A stretch of 64,000 bases of DNA from Actinomycetota bacterium (lineage in GTDB: Bacteria > Actinomycetota > Nitriliruptoria > Nitriliruptorales > Nitriliruptoraceae): assembly GCA_017852335.1 (NCBI GenBank), contig JAFMLG010000001.1:2853-66852 (forward strand), in the 5' to 3' direction. Within the stretch, counting starts at the first letter, position 1. Every line of letters starts with the position of its first letter. The position numbers and the translations under genes are program-made. A model generated the notes under the pieces. That model did not search any database. It was not told where the DNA came from and was given only the letters and a program-made list of their open reading frames with translations. This document shows positions 18,410 through 27,610 of the stretch, piece by piece.

Positions 18410-19270
18410 TCAGCGTCCTGTGGACGACGGGTCGAGCGCGGGTCCGAGGGCGTCGGCCAGGGCGAGCAGCGCGCCCGGGCCCAGCCGCTCGGCCCGCTCC
18501 CCCGGGTCGGTCCCGGTCGCGCCGAGCGCAGCGGCGACGGCTGCGCCGTCCAGCGGTGCCAGCGCGTTGCGCAGCGTCTTGCGCCGTGCGGCGAAGCCCA
18601 GCTCGACCAGCCGCGACAGCCGGGCGTACCGGAGGGCGTCGGGCGCGTCGGCCCGTCGGACCAGCCGGACCATCGCGCTGTCGACGTTGGGCACGGGCAG
18701 GAAGACGCGGCGCGGGATCGCCAGCGCGACGCGGACCTCGGCGAGGGTCTGCAGCCGCACGCTGACCCCGCCGTAGGCCGGCGTGCCCGGCGCGGCGGCC
18801 CACCGCTCCCCGACCTCCCGCTGGACCATCACGAAGGCGTCGGTGAACGCCCCCGTGGCCATCGCGGTCACGACGACCGCGGTCGCGACCCCGTACGGCA
18901 GGTTCGCGACCAGCCGGGCCGGTCCACCGCCGACGAGGGCCGCGAGGTCGACGTCCAGCGCGTCGGCGTGGTGCAGCTCGACGTTCGCGAGTCCGGCCAG
19001 GACCTCGCCCAGCACCGTGACGAACCCGGCGTCGAGCTCGACCGCGACCAGCCGGCGCACGGCCGGCGCCAGCGCCAGCGTCAGCGACCCCAGCCCCGGT
19101 CCGACCTCGAGGACGACGTCGTCCGGGCGCAGGCCCGCGGCCGCGACGATGCGCCGGACCGTGTTGGGATCGACGAGGAGGTTCTGGCCGTCCCGGCGGC
19201 GCATGGCCAGCCCGTGCCGGTCGATGAGCGCCCGGGCGGCCGTCGGGGTCAGCAGCGCCGGCGCCCCCAT
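18410..19270 (-). CDS. rsmA: 16S rRNA (adenine1518/1519-N6)-dimethyltransferase
   Basis: From ATG 19270: GQNLLVDPNTVRRIV, VLEVGPGLGSLT, ANLPYGVAT; conserved rpfB-rsmA-ispE order. Confidence 0.92.
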   Translation of the reverse strand: MGAPALLTPTAARALIDRHGLAMRRRDGQNLLVDPNTVRRIVAAAGLRPDDVVLEVGPGLGSLTLALAPAVRRLVAVELDAGFVTVLGEVLAGLANVELHHADALDVDLAALVGGGPARLVANLPYGVATAVVVTAMATGAFTDAFVMVQREVGERWAAAPGTPAYGGVSVRLQTLAEVRVALAIPRRVFLPVPNVDSAMVRLVRRADAPDALRYARLSRLVELGFAARRKTLRNALAPLDGAAVAAALGATGTDPGERAERLGPGALLALADALGPALDPSSTGR

Positions 19271-19272
19271 GC

Positions 19273-20409
19273 TCAGCGCAGTCCCAGCCGCAGCGAGCAG
19301 GCCGGCCAGGCCCCCCAGCCCTGCACGGCGAGGACCCGCTCGGCGACGAGGATCTGCTGCTCCCGCGTGGCCTCGGAGGGCAGGTCGGGCAGCCCCGCCG
19401 GCCGGAACTCGTCCCAGGTCCGCGGGTCGAACTGCAGGCCGCCGAAGTACGAGAGGGTCTCGTCGACCTTCCGCACGACGTCCCACCGACCCGTGGACTC
19501 GCACCACGCCAGCTCGTCCCAGACGTCGGGCCGGCGGACGGGCCGGCTCCCGACGCGCTCGACGCGGGACTCGGCGGCGACGAGGACCTCGCGGGCGAGG
19601 ACCTCGCGGGCGACCTCGACGCCGTCGTGGAGGACGATCCGGACGCGGTGCAGCGCCTCCCCGTCCCGCCCCCGGGCCAGCACCCGGACGGCGCCCTCGT
19701 ACAGCTCGTGGGTCCGGGCGCGCACGACCGGGCGCGGGACGGTGACGCGCTCCTCCCGCTCGACCACCTCGCGGCGGTGGACGGCGATCGCCTCGCCCGT
19801 GACGAGGGGTGCGTCGGGGGCGGGGAGCACGACGTGGTCGGGCGCGAGGTCGACGCCGAGGTCGCCGAGCACGCCGGCCGGTGTCGTGGCCGGGCTCCAC
19901 CCGATGAGGGTCACGCCCTCGACGACGGCGCTGACCGGCCGCGGGAGGGTGACGCGGACGACGTCGCCGTCGGTCAGGACCGCGTCACGGGTCCGGACGG
20001 TCTCGGCGAGGCGCCGCTCCCCCGGACTCAGGCCGGCCGCGCGGAGCGCCCCGGCCACCGTCGCGTCCGACGTCCGGACGGCGCGACCGTCCCGGCCGTT
20101 CACGACGACGGTGAGGTCGACGGCCCGGGCGACGGCGACGCCGTCGACGGCCGGCGCGTCGGGGGCGGGGAGGACGCGGTCGTCGGGGTCGGTCCGGACC
20201 CCGGCCGCGGCCAGCAGGTCACCCGCGGTCGGGGCGTGGCTGCGCACGACGACGGTCCGCCCGTCGACCGCCACGGGCAGGGCGGGCGGGGCGGCGAGCG
20301 GCGGGAGCAGCGCGGCGGCGAGGACGAGGAGGACGAGCGGAGCCCGGCGGAGGTGCGGGAGGGGGCCGGGACGGTCCTGCGGCGCCGCGGCGGACGCGGT
20401 CGACGGCAT
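19273..20409 (-). CDS. rpfB: resuscitation-promoting factor, RpfB-like (DUF348 repeats + G5 + Rpf transglycosylase domain)
   Basis: N-terminal TM anchor; repeated V.V..DG....V.T...TV...L modules; C-terminal WDELAWCESTGRW...YFGGLQFDPRTW Rpf catalytic motif. Confidence 0.85.
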   Translation of the reverse strand: MPSTASAAAPQDRPGPLPHLRRAPLVLLVLAAALLPPLAAPPALPVAVDGRTVVVRSHAPTAGDLLAAAGVRTDPDDRVLPAPDAPAVDGVAVARAVDLTVVVNGRDGRAVRTSDATVAGALRAAGLSPGERRLAETVRTRDAVLTDGDVVRVTLPRPVSAVVEGVTLIGWSPATTPAGVLGDLGVDLAPDHVVLPAPDAPLVTGEAIAVHRREVVEREERVTVPRPVVRARTHELYEGAVRVLARGRDGEALHRVRIVLHDGVEVAREVLAREVLVAAESRVERVGSRPVRRPDVWDELAWCESTGRWDVVRKVDETLSYFGGLQFDPRTWDEFRPAGLPDLPSEATREQQILVAERVLAVQGWGAWPACSLRLGLR

Positions 20410-20544
20410 GGCCCGAGGGTACGAACGGGGGGTCCGCCCCCGCCGGAGGCGACCCCGTCCGGTGGACCGCCCGGCCGGGCGGCCGCCCGGGCCCGGAACG
20501 GCCCGGATCGGCGTCCCTGGGGCCTCCAGGGCCGGTCCGCCGCC

Positions 20545-21324
20545 TCAGGCGCCGGCGCCGGGCAGCGCGCGCCGGGCGTTCGCCAGCACCGCCGCGGCCA
20601 GGGCGGCGGGGTCCTCCCCGCGCACGTCGGCCAGCCGGGCCAGGGTCAGCGCGACGTACGAGGGGTCGTTCGGCGTCCCGCGGTGGGGGTGCGGGGTCAG
20701 GAACGGGGCGTCGGTCTCGGTCAGGAGCAGCCCGGTCGGGACGAGGGCCGCGACCTCACGCAGCGCCGCGGCGTTCGTGAACGTCACGTTCCCGGCGAAC
20801 GAGTGGAACCAGCCGTTCGCGACCGTCCGGGCCGTCGTCGCCGGGTCGCCCGAGTAGCAGTGGAGCACCACGCGCCGGCCGGCCCAGCCCTCGTCCTCGA
20901 GGATGCGGACGCAGTCGTCCCAGGCGTCGCGGCAGTGGATCATCACGGTGCGGTCGTGGCGGTCGGCGATCGCGAGCTGCGCTCGGAACGCCGCCTCCTG
21001 CACGGCCGGCGCCGTCCGGTCCCGGTACCGGTCCAGCCCGATCTCGCCGACCGCGACGACGCCGTCCGCGCCGGCCAGACGATCGATCTCGGCGAGCGCC
21101 TCCGGCGTCGCCGCCGCGGCGTCGTTCGGGTGGATGCCGACGGCGGCCACGACGTCCGGCTCGGTCGCGGCGACGGCGACCGCGGCGGCCGACGACCCGA
21201 CGTCGGTCCCGACGTCGACCAGGAGGACGAGGCCGGCCGCCCGGGCCCGCTCGAGCTGCGCGGCGACGCTCAGCTCGGCGTGGTGCCCGAGGTGGCAGTG
21301 GGTGTCGACGAGCGGGAGCGTCAC
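20545..21324 (-). CDS. tatD: TatD-family metal-dependent hydrolase/DNase
   Basis: 259 aa: LVDTHCHL, AVGEIGLD, VMIHCRDA, TETDAPFLTPHPHRG. GTGA overlap with the rsmI stop. Confidence 0.9.
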   Translation of the reverse strand: MTLPLVDTHCHLGHHAELSVAAQLERARAAGLVLLVDVGTDVGSSAAAVAVAATEPDVVAAVGIHPNDAAAATPEALAEIDRLAGADGVVAVGEIGLDRYRDRTAPAVQEAAFRAQLAIADRHDRTVMIHCRDAWDDCVRILEDEGWAGRRVVLHCYSGDPATTARTVANGWFHSFAGNVTFTNAAALREVAALVPTGLLLTETDAPFLTPHPHRGTPNDPSYVALTLARLADVRGEDPAALAAAVLANARRALPGAGA

Positions 21325-22232
21325 GGCGCCTCCGGGGTCGGGTCGGGGTCGGGCTCCGGTGCGCCGGCCGGATCGCCGTCCGCGGCCAGGACCGCGGCGT
21401 ACAGCGCCCGTCGGGGCAGGCCGTGCGCCCGGGCCACCGCCACGACGGCGTCGCGGCGCGACGCCCCCGCCGCGACCCGGTCCCGCACCGCGGCGAGGTC
21501 GTCGGGGCCCGGCGCGTCGGGCGCGGCGGGGGCCGGCGCCCCGCCGACGACCAGCGTGACCTCGCCGCGGACGTCGCCCAGCCCGTCGCGGAGCGACCCG
21601 AGGGTGCCGCGGCGGACCTCCTCGTGCAGCTTGGTCAGCTCGCGACAGAGGACCGCCGGCCGGTCGTCGCCGCAGGCGGCGGCGAGGTCGACGAGATCGG
21701 CGGCGGCCCGGTGCGGCGCGACGAACAGGACCGCGGTCCGCGGCTCGTCCGCGAGCTCGGCCAGCCGGTCGATCCGGGCCCGACCGCGCCGCGGCAGGAA
21801 CCCCTCGAACGTGAAGCGGTCCGTCGGCAGCCCCGCGGCGACGAGGGCGGCCAGTGGGGCGGAGGCCCCCGGGACGGGGACGACGGCGAGGCCCGCCGCG
21901 GCACAGGCGCGCACGACGGCGAGGCCCGGATCGCTGACCAGCGGCGTCCCGGCGTCGGTGACCAGCGCGACGCGACCGCCGGCCGCGACGCGGGCGACGA
22001 CCTCGTCGACCCGGGACCGCTCGTTGTGCTCGTGCAGCGACCGCTGGGGCACGTCGCTGCCGACGTGCGCGAGGAGCCGGCCGGTCCGACGCGTGTCCTC
22101 CGAGAGGACGAGGTCGGCGGTGCGGAGGATCTCGGCGGCACGGACGCCGAGATCGCCGAGGTTCCCGATCGGGGTCGCGACGACGTGCAGCGCGCCACCG
22201 GCCGGGGCCGGGTCCTGCCGCGGTTCGGTCAC
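21321..22232 (-). CDS. rsmI: 16S rRNA (cytidine1402-2'-O)-methyltransferase
   Basis: 303 aa: LHVVATPIGNLGDL..RA..IL...DLVLSEDTRRTG.LL, TDAGTPLVSDPG, FEGFLPRR, LCRELTKLHEEV. Confidence 0.9.
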   Translation of the reverse strand: MTEPRQDPAPAGGALHVVATPIGNLGDLGVRAAEILRTADLVLSEDTRRTGRLLAHVGSDVPQRSLHEHNERSRVDEVVARVAAGGRVALVTDAGTPLVSDPGLAVVRACAAAGLAVVPVPGASAPLAALVAAGLPTDRFTFEGFLPRRGRARIDRLAELADEPRTAVLFVAPHRAAADLVDLAAACGDDRPAVLCRELTKLHEEVRRGTLGSLRDGLGDVRGEVTLVVGGAPAPAAPDAPGPDDLAAVRDRVAAGASRRDAVVAVARAHGLPRRALYAAVLAADGDPAGAPEPDPDPTPEAP

Positions 22233-22264
22233 GACGGCACCGCCGGTCGTCGCGGCGTGATGGG

Positions 22265-22338
22265 TGGAGGTGAGCGGATTTGAACCGCCGACTTCTTCGT
22301 TGCGAACGAAGCGCTCTGCCGGGCTGAGCTACACCCCC
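22265..22338 (-). tRNA. tRNA-Ala (anticodon CGC)
   Basis: Hand-folded 74-nt cloverleaf: acceptor GGGGGTG/CACCTCC with the G3:U70 alanine identity pair, D arm GCTC-AGCCCGGCA-GAGC, anticodon loop TTCGCAA, T arm GGCGG-TTCAAAT-CCGCT, discriminator A. Confidence 0.9.
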
Positions 22339-22341
22339 GAA

Positions 22342-22368
22342 GGGCCGGCGGAGTGTAGCCCCCGGCCC
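22342..22368 (-). terminator. 7-bp GC hairpin (GGGCCGG/CCGGCCC) between the hypothetical gene stop and tRNA-Ala
   Basis: Perfect inverted repeat with a 13-nt loop, immediately downstream of the stop at 22376; no U-tract. Confidence 0.25.
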
Positions 22369-22375
22369 GTGGGCC

Positions 22376-22936
22376 TCAGCGGGCCCAGCTGCGCAGCGGG
22401 ACGACCCGGGCCGCGCTGCCGGCGGCGAGCAGCAGCTCCCCGGTGACCTCGTCGTGGAGCGCCGGCGCCGGCCGGCGCAGGTCGAGGGCGACGACGACCC
22501 GGCGCGCCGCGGCGCGCTGGAGGGTCAGCCGCCGGAGGACGACGACCGCGGTGGCGGTGGTCGCGACCAGGAGCGTCGCGACCGTCCAGGCCAGCGTCCC
22601 ACCGACCAGCGGGGCCGCGGCCAGGGCGAACGCGGTCGCGCCGAGCAGGCCGACGAACCGACGCCGGCGCGCGACGACCAGCGGATCCTCCGGCCGTGGC
22701 CGGCGCTCCGGACCGTCGGACGTCCGGGCCGGGCGGTCGGGGGCGGTCACGCCGGTGACGCGGCCGGGCACCGGGCCCGGCGTCGGGCCGGGACCGTCGC
22801 GGAGGCCGTCCATGGCACGTCGGAACCCCCCGACGGTCGACCGCGGCGACGACCGGATGCGGGACCGTACTGCGCTGGGGAGGAGCAGGGCCACCCAGGC
22901 GAGGACGAGGAGGAGCAGCGAGGGGTTCGCCCGCAC
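22376..22936 (-). CDS. hypothetical membrane protein
   Basis: High GC3; TM segments (SLLLLVLAWVALLLP; FVGLLGATAFALAAAPLVGGTLAWTVATLLVATTATAVVVL). I prefer the GTG at 22936 (GGAGG 7 nt upstream) because the track start at 22990 is TTG followed by a rare TTA codon. Confidence 0.5.
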   Translation of the reverse strand: MRANPSLLLLVLAWVALLLPSAVRSRIRSSPRSTVGGFRRAMDGLRDGPGPTPGPVPGRVTGVTAPDRPARTSDGPERRPRPEDPLVVARRRRFVGLLGATAFALAAAPLVGGTLAWTVATLLVATTATAVVVLRRLTLQRAAARRVVVALDLRRPAPALHDEVTGELLLAAGSAARVVPLRSWAR

Positions 22937-23040
22937 CCCGCCACCTCCGTCGCCGGAACGCCGCGTCCGGCGCCGCAGCGACGCTAACAAGGGCGTTCCG
23001 CGTTCCCGCGGAGGCGCGACCGCCGCGAGGACGGTCGACG

Positions 23041-23544
23041 TCAGCGGGCGGTGAGGTCCACGTCCCCCGAGCGACCGCCGGTCTTGCGCAGCAGCCGCAG
23101 GTCGGTCACGACCGCGTCGCGCTGCACCGCCTTCACGAGGTCGTACACCGTCAGCGCCGCGACGGCCGCCGCGGTCAGCGCCTCCATCTCGACGCCGGTG
23201 CGGTCGCGGGCCGACGCGGTCGCGACGATCGCGACGCGGCCGGCGTCGCGGTCCACCTCGAGGTCGACGGCGACGGAGGTCAGCGCCAGCTGGTGGCAGA
23301 GCGGGATCAGCTCGCTCGTGCGCTTCGCGGCCTGGATGCCGGCGACACGGGCCAGCGCCAGCGCGTCGCCCTTCGGCAGCGCCCCGTCGGCGAGCAGCGC
23401 CGCCGTCGCCGGTGCGACCTCGACGGTGCAGCCCGCGACCGCGGTCCGTGCGGTGACGTCCTTCCCGCCGACGTCGACCATCCGGGCGCGACCGCGGTCG
23501 TCGAGATGCGTCAGGCCGCCGTCGGCGTCCGGGGCGGCGCTCAT
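23041..23544 (-). CDS. moaC: cyclic pyranopterin monophosphate synthase
   Basis: 167 aa: [58 protein letters not shown] overlap with the moeA stop. Confidence 0.93.
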   Translation of the reverse strand: MSAAPDADGGLTHLDDRGRARMVDVGGKDVTARTAVAGCTVEVAPATAALLADGALPKGDALALARVAGIQAAKRTSELIPLCHQLALTSVAVDLEVDRDAGRVAIVATASARDRTGVEMEALTAAAVAALTVYDLVKAVQRDAVVTDLRLLRKTGGRSGDVDLTAR

Positions 23545-24800
23545 CCGTCGACGAGGAGCATCACGCGGACCTCCTCACCGACCCGGACCTCGGTCACGTC
23601 CTCGGGGACGACCGCGAGTCCGTCGGCCTGCGCGATCGACGTGATGAGGTGCGAGCCCTGTGCGCCGGTCGGCCGGGCCGTCCAGCCGCCGCCCTCGCGG
23701 GTCAGCCGGACGCGGAGGTACCCGCGCTTGTGCGGCGGCGCGGTCAGCGGCTCGACGGCCCGGGCCCGGACCGTCGGGCGGTGCACGTCGCGCCGGCCCT
23801 GCAGGGCGCGGATCGCCGGCCGGACGAAGACCTCGAACGAGACGAAGCTCGAGACCGGGTTCCCCGGCAGGCCGATCACCGGCGTCCCGGCGATGCGGCC
23901 CCGGATCTGGGGCATGCCCGGTCGCATCGCGACGCGGGACGCGGTCGCCTCGCCGAGCTCCGCGACGACCTCGGCCAGCAGGTCGCGCGTGCCGGCGCTG
24001 GCCCCTCCGGTGCAGACGAACAGGTCGGCGTGGCCGAGGTTCGCCTCGAACGCCTCGGCCAGCGCCGAGCGGGAGTCGGGGACGATGCCGGCCGAGAACG
24101 GGATGCCCCCGGTCGCGCGGACCAGCGCCGAGAGCATCGGCCCGTTCGAGTCCCGGACCTGACCCGGTGCCGGGACCCGGTCGGCCGGGACGATCTCGTC
24201 ACCGGTGACCATCAGCACGACGCGCGGGGCGGGGATGCACCGGACGCGGGCCACGCCGGCCGCGCTGAGCAGCGCCACGTCGGCGGGGGCGAGGCGCCGG
24301 CCGGCGGTGACCAGCTCCTGGCCGGGGACGAGGTCCTCGCCGGCGTGACGGACGTTCTCCCCGAGGCGGACCGGGAGGTGGAACGCGACCTCCTCCGCGG
24401 TCCCACCGGTGACCTCGACGGGGACGACGGCGTCGGCCCCCGGCGGGATCGGTGCGCCCGTCATGATGCGCACGCACGTCCCCGGCACGACCTCGAGCGG
24501 CGCGCCACCGGCCGCGACCTCGCCCGTGACCGGGAGGCGGACGGGGGAGGCGCGGGAGGCCCCGGCGAGGTCGGCGGCGACGACGGCGAAGCCGTCCATC
24601 GCCGAGTTGTCGCTGCCCGGCACCGTGGTGTCGCAGACGGCCGGCTCGGCCAGCACCAGCCCGAGCCCGTCGGCGACGCGGAGCTCGATCGGTTCGGGGA
24701 CCGGGAGCGAGGCCAGGATGCCCTCGAGATGCGCGTCCACGGGGATCAGCTCGTGCGGCAGCGTCACCTCGTCGCGGTCCATGCCGACGAACCGGGTCAC
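23541..24800 (-). CDS. moeA: molybdopterin molybdenumtransferase
   Basis: MoeA motifs ([45 protein letters not shown]). The GTG at 24800 forms a GTGA overlap with the galU stop; the ATG at 24782 is an alternative start. Confidence 0.9.
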   Translation of the reverse strand: MTRFVGMDRDEVTLPHELIPVDAHLEGILASLPVPEPIELRVADGLGLVLAEPAVCDTTVPGSDNSAMDGFAVVAADLAGASRASPVRLPVTGEVAAGGAPLEVVPGTCVRIMTGAPIPPGADAVVPVEVTGGTAEEVAFHLPVRLGENVRHAGEDLVPGQELVTAGRRLAPADVALLSAAGVARVRCIPAPRVVLMVTGDEIVPADRVPAPGQVRDSNGPMLSALVRATGGIPFSAGIVPDSRSALAEAFEANLGHADLFVCTGGASAGTRDLLAEVVAELGEATASRVAMRPGMPQIRGRIAGTPVIGLPGNPVSSFVSFEVFVRPAIRALQGRRDVHRPTVRARAVEPLTAPPHKRGYLRVRLTREGGGWTARPTGAQGSHLITSIAQADGLAVVPEDVTEVRVGEEVRVMLLVDG

Positions 24801-25717
24801 GACGCGCCCTCCGTCGCGGCGGCCGCGCGGGCCGCGAGATCGTCCGTGTTCGCGCTCAGCCACGCGACCAGCGCCGGCCCGAGATCGGGACGCCGCGCCG
24901 CGAAGGCCAGCGAGGCGGTGAGCAGCCCCAGCCGGTCGCCGGCGTCGTGGCGCGGCTCGTCGAGCACGACCCCGACCAGCGGCGCCTCCTGCGCCAGCGT
25001 CCGCAGCGCGTCGGTCAGCTGGATCTCGCCGCCCCGGCCCGGCGGCGTGCGGTGGAGCACGCCGAACACGTCGTGCGGCAGCACGTACCGCCCGATCACC
25101 GCCAGGTCCGACGGCGCCGACCCGACCGCCGGCTTCTCGACGAGGTCGACGATCGCGACCTCGCCGGGCCCGGCTCCCGGCAGCGGGTCCGCCACGGTCG
25201 CGACGCCGTACTGCGACAGCGCGGCGGGGTCGTCGATGCGCATCAGGGCGACGACGGCCCGACCGGTCCGCTCGTGGGCCGCGACCATCCGACCGAGGAA
25301 CGTCGAGTCGGGCTCGAGGAGGTCGTCACCGAGCAGGACCGCGAACCCCTCCCCGGCCCGGACGTGGCCCTCGGCCATCAGCACCGCGTGGCCGAGGCCG
25401 AGCGGTTCGGGCTGGCGCACCGCGTGGACGGTCGCGAGCTCGGCCAGCCCGCGCACGACCGCGAGGTCGGCGTCGTTCCCCTTCGCGGCGAGGGCCGCCT
25501 CGAGGTCGAGGCGGCGGCCGAAGTGGTCCTCGATCGCGGCCTTGCCGGCCGCGGTGACGAGGAGGACGTCCGAGAGCCCGGCCCGGACCGCCTCCTCGAC
25601 GACGTACTGCACCGAGGGCCGGTCGACGACGGGGAGCAGCTCCTTCGGCACGGCCTTGGTGGCCGGGAGGAACCGCGTGCCGAGCCCGGCGACGGGCAGC
25701 ACGGCGGTGCGGACCAT
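24797..25717 (-). CDS. galU: UTP--glucose-1-phosphate uridylyltransferase
   Basis: From ATG 25717 (AGGAGG RBS): AVLPVAGLGTRFLPATKAVPKELLPVVD.P..QYVVEEA, GLGHAV, VEKP, GRYVL, GEIQLTDA. Confidence 0.9.
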   Translation of the reverse strand: MVRTAVLPVAGLGTRFLPATKAVPKELLPVVDRPSVQYVVEEAVRAGLSDVLLVTAAGKAAIEDHFGRRLDLEAALAAKGNDADLAVVRGLAELATVHAVRQPEPLGLGHAVLMAEGHVRAGEGFAVLLGDDLLEPDSTFLGRMVAAHERTGRAVVALMRIDDPAALSQYGVATVADPLPGAGPGEVAIVDLVEKPAVGSAPSDLAVIGRYVLPHDVFGVLHRTPPGRGGEIQLTDALRTLAQEAPLVGVVLDEPRHDAGDRLGLLTASLAFAARRPDLGPALVAWLSANTDDLAARAAAATEGAS

Positions 25718-25820
25718 GCGGCCTCCTGGCACGCCGCCGCAGCGCCGTTCGGGCGGCGCCCCGAGGGTAACCGCGCCCCGCACCTCGACCCGGGACGCGG
25801 GTCGCACGCCCCATCGGGCG

Positions 25821-25826
25821 TAGGCT
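25821..25826 (+). promoter_or_regulatory. candidate -10 hexamer TAGGCT, 7 nt upstream of the 5-FCL ATG (leaderless candidate)
   Basis: TANNNT-type hexamer with no SD sequence between it and the ATG at 25834. Confidence 0.3.
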
Positions 25827-25833
25827 CGGACGC

Positions 25834-26415
25834 ATGGCCGACGCGAAGCGGACGGTGCGGCGCGAGCGGCTCGCGGCGCGGCGCGACGTCCCGCCCGCGG
25901 TCCGCGCGGCCCGGGACGCCGCGATCGTGGCGACCCTCCGCATCCTCCCCGAGCTCGCCGGGGCCGGTGACCTCCTGCTCTACGCGGCGCTGCCGGGCGA
26001 GCCCGACCTCGACGCCCTGCTCGGGGACCCGCCGCCCGGTGCGCGGGTCCTGCTGCCGCGGGTCGAGGGCGATCGCATCGTCGCCGTCCCGCACCGCCCG
26101 GGGACGCCGCTGGCCCCGGGCGCGCTGGGGGTCCGGGAGCCGACCGGCGCCGCCGTGGCGCTCGACGTGCTCGACGCGGTCGTGCTGCCGGGGGTCGCCT
26201 TCGACGCGACGGGGTGGCGGCTCGGGCGGGGCGGCGGCCACTACGACCGTCTCCTCGCCGCCGTCGCCGGCCGCGCGGTCGCCGTCGGGGTCACGCACGA
26301 GGACGCGGTGCTCCCGACGGTCCCGCGCGAGCCCCACGACCGCCCGGTCGACGTCCTCGTCACCGATGCGTCGGTCCGGCGCAGGGACGCGGACGCCGGG
26401 CCGGGTCGCGCGTAG
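25834..26415 (+). CDS. 5-formyltetrahydrofolate cyclo-ligase
   Basis: 193 aa: R..R..LLA.R, LLYAALPGEPDL, LLPRV, VVLPGVAFD..G.RLGRGGGHYDR. Confidence 0.85.
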   Translation: MADAKRTVRRERLAARRDVPPAVRAARDAAIVATLRILPELAGAGDLLLYAALPGEPDLDALLGDPPPGARVLLPRVEGDRIVAVPHRPGTPLAPGALGVREPTGAAVALDVLDAVVLPGVAFDATGWRLGRGGGHYDRLLAAVAGRAVAVGVTHEDAVLPTVPREPHDRPVDVLVTDASVRRRDADAGPGRA

Positions 26416-26463
26416 CCTCCCCGCCGCGGCCGCCCGTCCGGGGCGACCGGCCCGGAGACCCCC

Positions 26464-26841
26464 GTGCCGACCTACGAGTACGCCTGCCGCGGCTGCGGCC
26501 GCTCGCTCGAGGTCGTGCAGTCGTTCCACGACGCGCCGCTGACCACCTGCGAGGTCTGCGGCGGCGAGCTGCGGAAGGTGTTCTCGGCCGCCGGCCTGAT
26601 CTTCAAGGGCTCCGGCTGGCACATCAAGGACTACGCCGGGAAGGGCGGGTCCGCGGGCGGCGCGGGCGGCTCCGGCGCGTCGCCGTCCTCCGGGTCGTCG
26701 ACCCCGTCCGGCGCGAAGGACGGCGCGGCGTCGTCCGGCGCGAAGGACACCGCGGGACCCACGACGGGCGGCGCCGCGTCGGGATCGTCGGACTCCTCGT
26801 CGTCCGCCCCGAAGGCTTCGAAGGCCGCGTCGACCGACTGA
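26464..26841 (+). CDS. FmdB-family zinc-ribbon protein with Gly/Ser-rich tail
   Basis: GTG start; MPTYEYACRGCG...CEVCGGELRKVF signature (CxxC...CxxC) followed by a low-complexity G/S/A tail. Confidence 0.8.
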   Translation: MPTYEYACRGCGRSLEVVQSFHDAPLTTCEVCGGELRKVFSAAGLIFKGSGWHIKDYAGKGGSAGGAGGSGASPSSGSSTPSGAKDGAASSGAKDTAGPTTGGAASGSSDSSSSAPKASKAASTD

Positions 26842-26905
26842 GCGGTCGTCCACAGGTCGGCCGGAGCCCCTCGCCCCGCGGCGCCGCGCGCGGTCCGCTG
26901 CGCCG

Positions 26906-27607
26906 ATGCGTCACGTGCCCCTCCCCCTCCGCGGCCGGTCGCGCGGTGGGGCGATCGGGCCGGGCCCCGAGGTGGTCCGCGCCCCGATCCCGGTGGTCGA
27001 CGGCCCGCCGCCGACCCTCCCGGCCCCCGTGGACCGCGCGCTCGAACGGTGGTGGGGGCTGCCGCCGCGGCTGCGGACGGCCGCGGCCCTCCTCGCGGCG
27101 CTGGCCGTCGCCGGCGGCGCGGTCCTCCGCGTCGGCCGCAGCCCGTACGGCCCGCCGGTCCCCGTCGCGGTCGTCGCACGGGACCTCGACGTCGGGACCC
27201 CGCTGGCCGGCGCCGTCACGGCCGAGCGCCGCCCGGCCGGGCTGGTCCCGTCCGACGCGGTCGTCCCGGCCGACGTCCCGCCGGGGGCGACGCTGGCGAT
27301 GGGCGCGGTCGCGGGCACCGTGGTCACCGCACGGCACCTCCGGCCCGGCGGTCCGCTGGCGGACCTCCCGGCCGGCGACGCGGCCGTCGCCGTCCCCGCC
27401 GACGCCGTCCCGGGTGCGGCGCCCGGTCGCCGCCTCGACCTGATCGTGACCCGCGCGGACGGCGGCGGCGCGGTGGTGGCGACCGACGCGCACGTCCTCG
27501 CCGCGGCCGACGGGCTCGTCTGGGTCGCGGTCCCGCGCACCGCCGCCCCCGACGTCGCCGCCGCCGCGGCGAGGGGGCTCCTCTCGGCCGCCCTGCTCCC
27601 CGGCTGA
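26906..27607 (+). CDS. SAF-domain protein (CpaB/RcpC-like)
   Basis: One TM segment (LRTAAALLAALAVAGGAV) then SAF-like VAVVARDLDVGTPLAGAVTAERRPAGLVP....G..VTARHL. The exact start is uncertain. Confidence 0.6.
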   Translation: MRHVPLPLRGRSRGGAIGPGPEVVRAPIPVVDGPPPTLPAPVDRALERWWGLPPRLRTAAALLAALAVAGGAVLRVGRSPYGPPVPVAVVARDLDVGTPLAGAVTAERRPAGLVPSDAVVPADVPPGATLAMGAVAGTVVTARHLRPGGPLADLPAGDAAVAVPADAVPGAAPGRRLDLIVTRADGGGAVVATDAHVLAAADGLVWVAVPRTAAPDVAAAAARGLLSAALLPG

Positions 27608-27610
27608 CCC

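Noticed and set aside
22937-22990. TTG-TTA start of the hypothetical membrane protein
   Set aside because: TTA is essentially unused in this genome's coding sequence. The downstream GTG at 22936 has a GGAGG RBS.
17204-23040. tRNA-Gln and tRNA-Ala as possible integration sites of a genomic island
   Set aside because: No integrase, recombinase, direct repeat of a tRNA 3' end or compositional shift lies next to either tRNA. The flanking genes are the conserved glmU / ispE-rsmA-rpfB / rsmI / moaC core.
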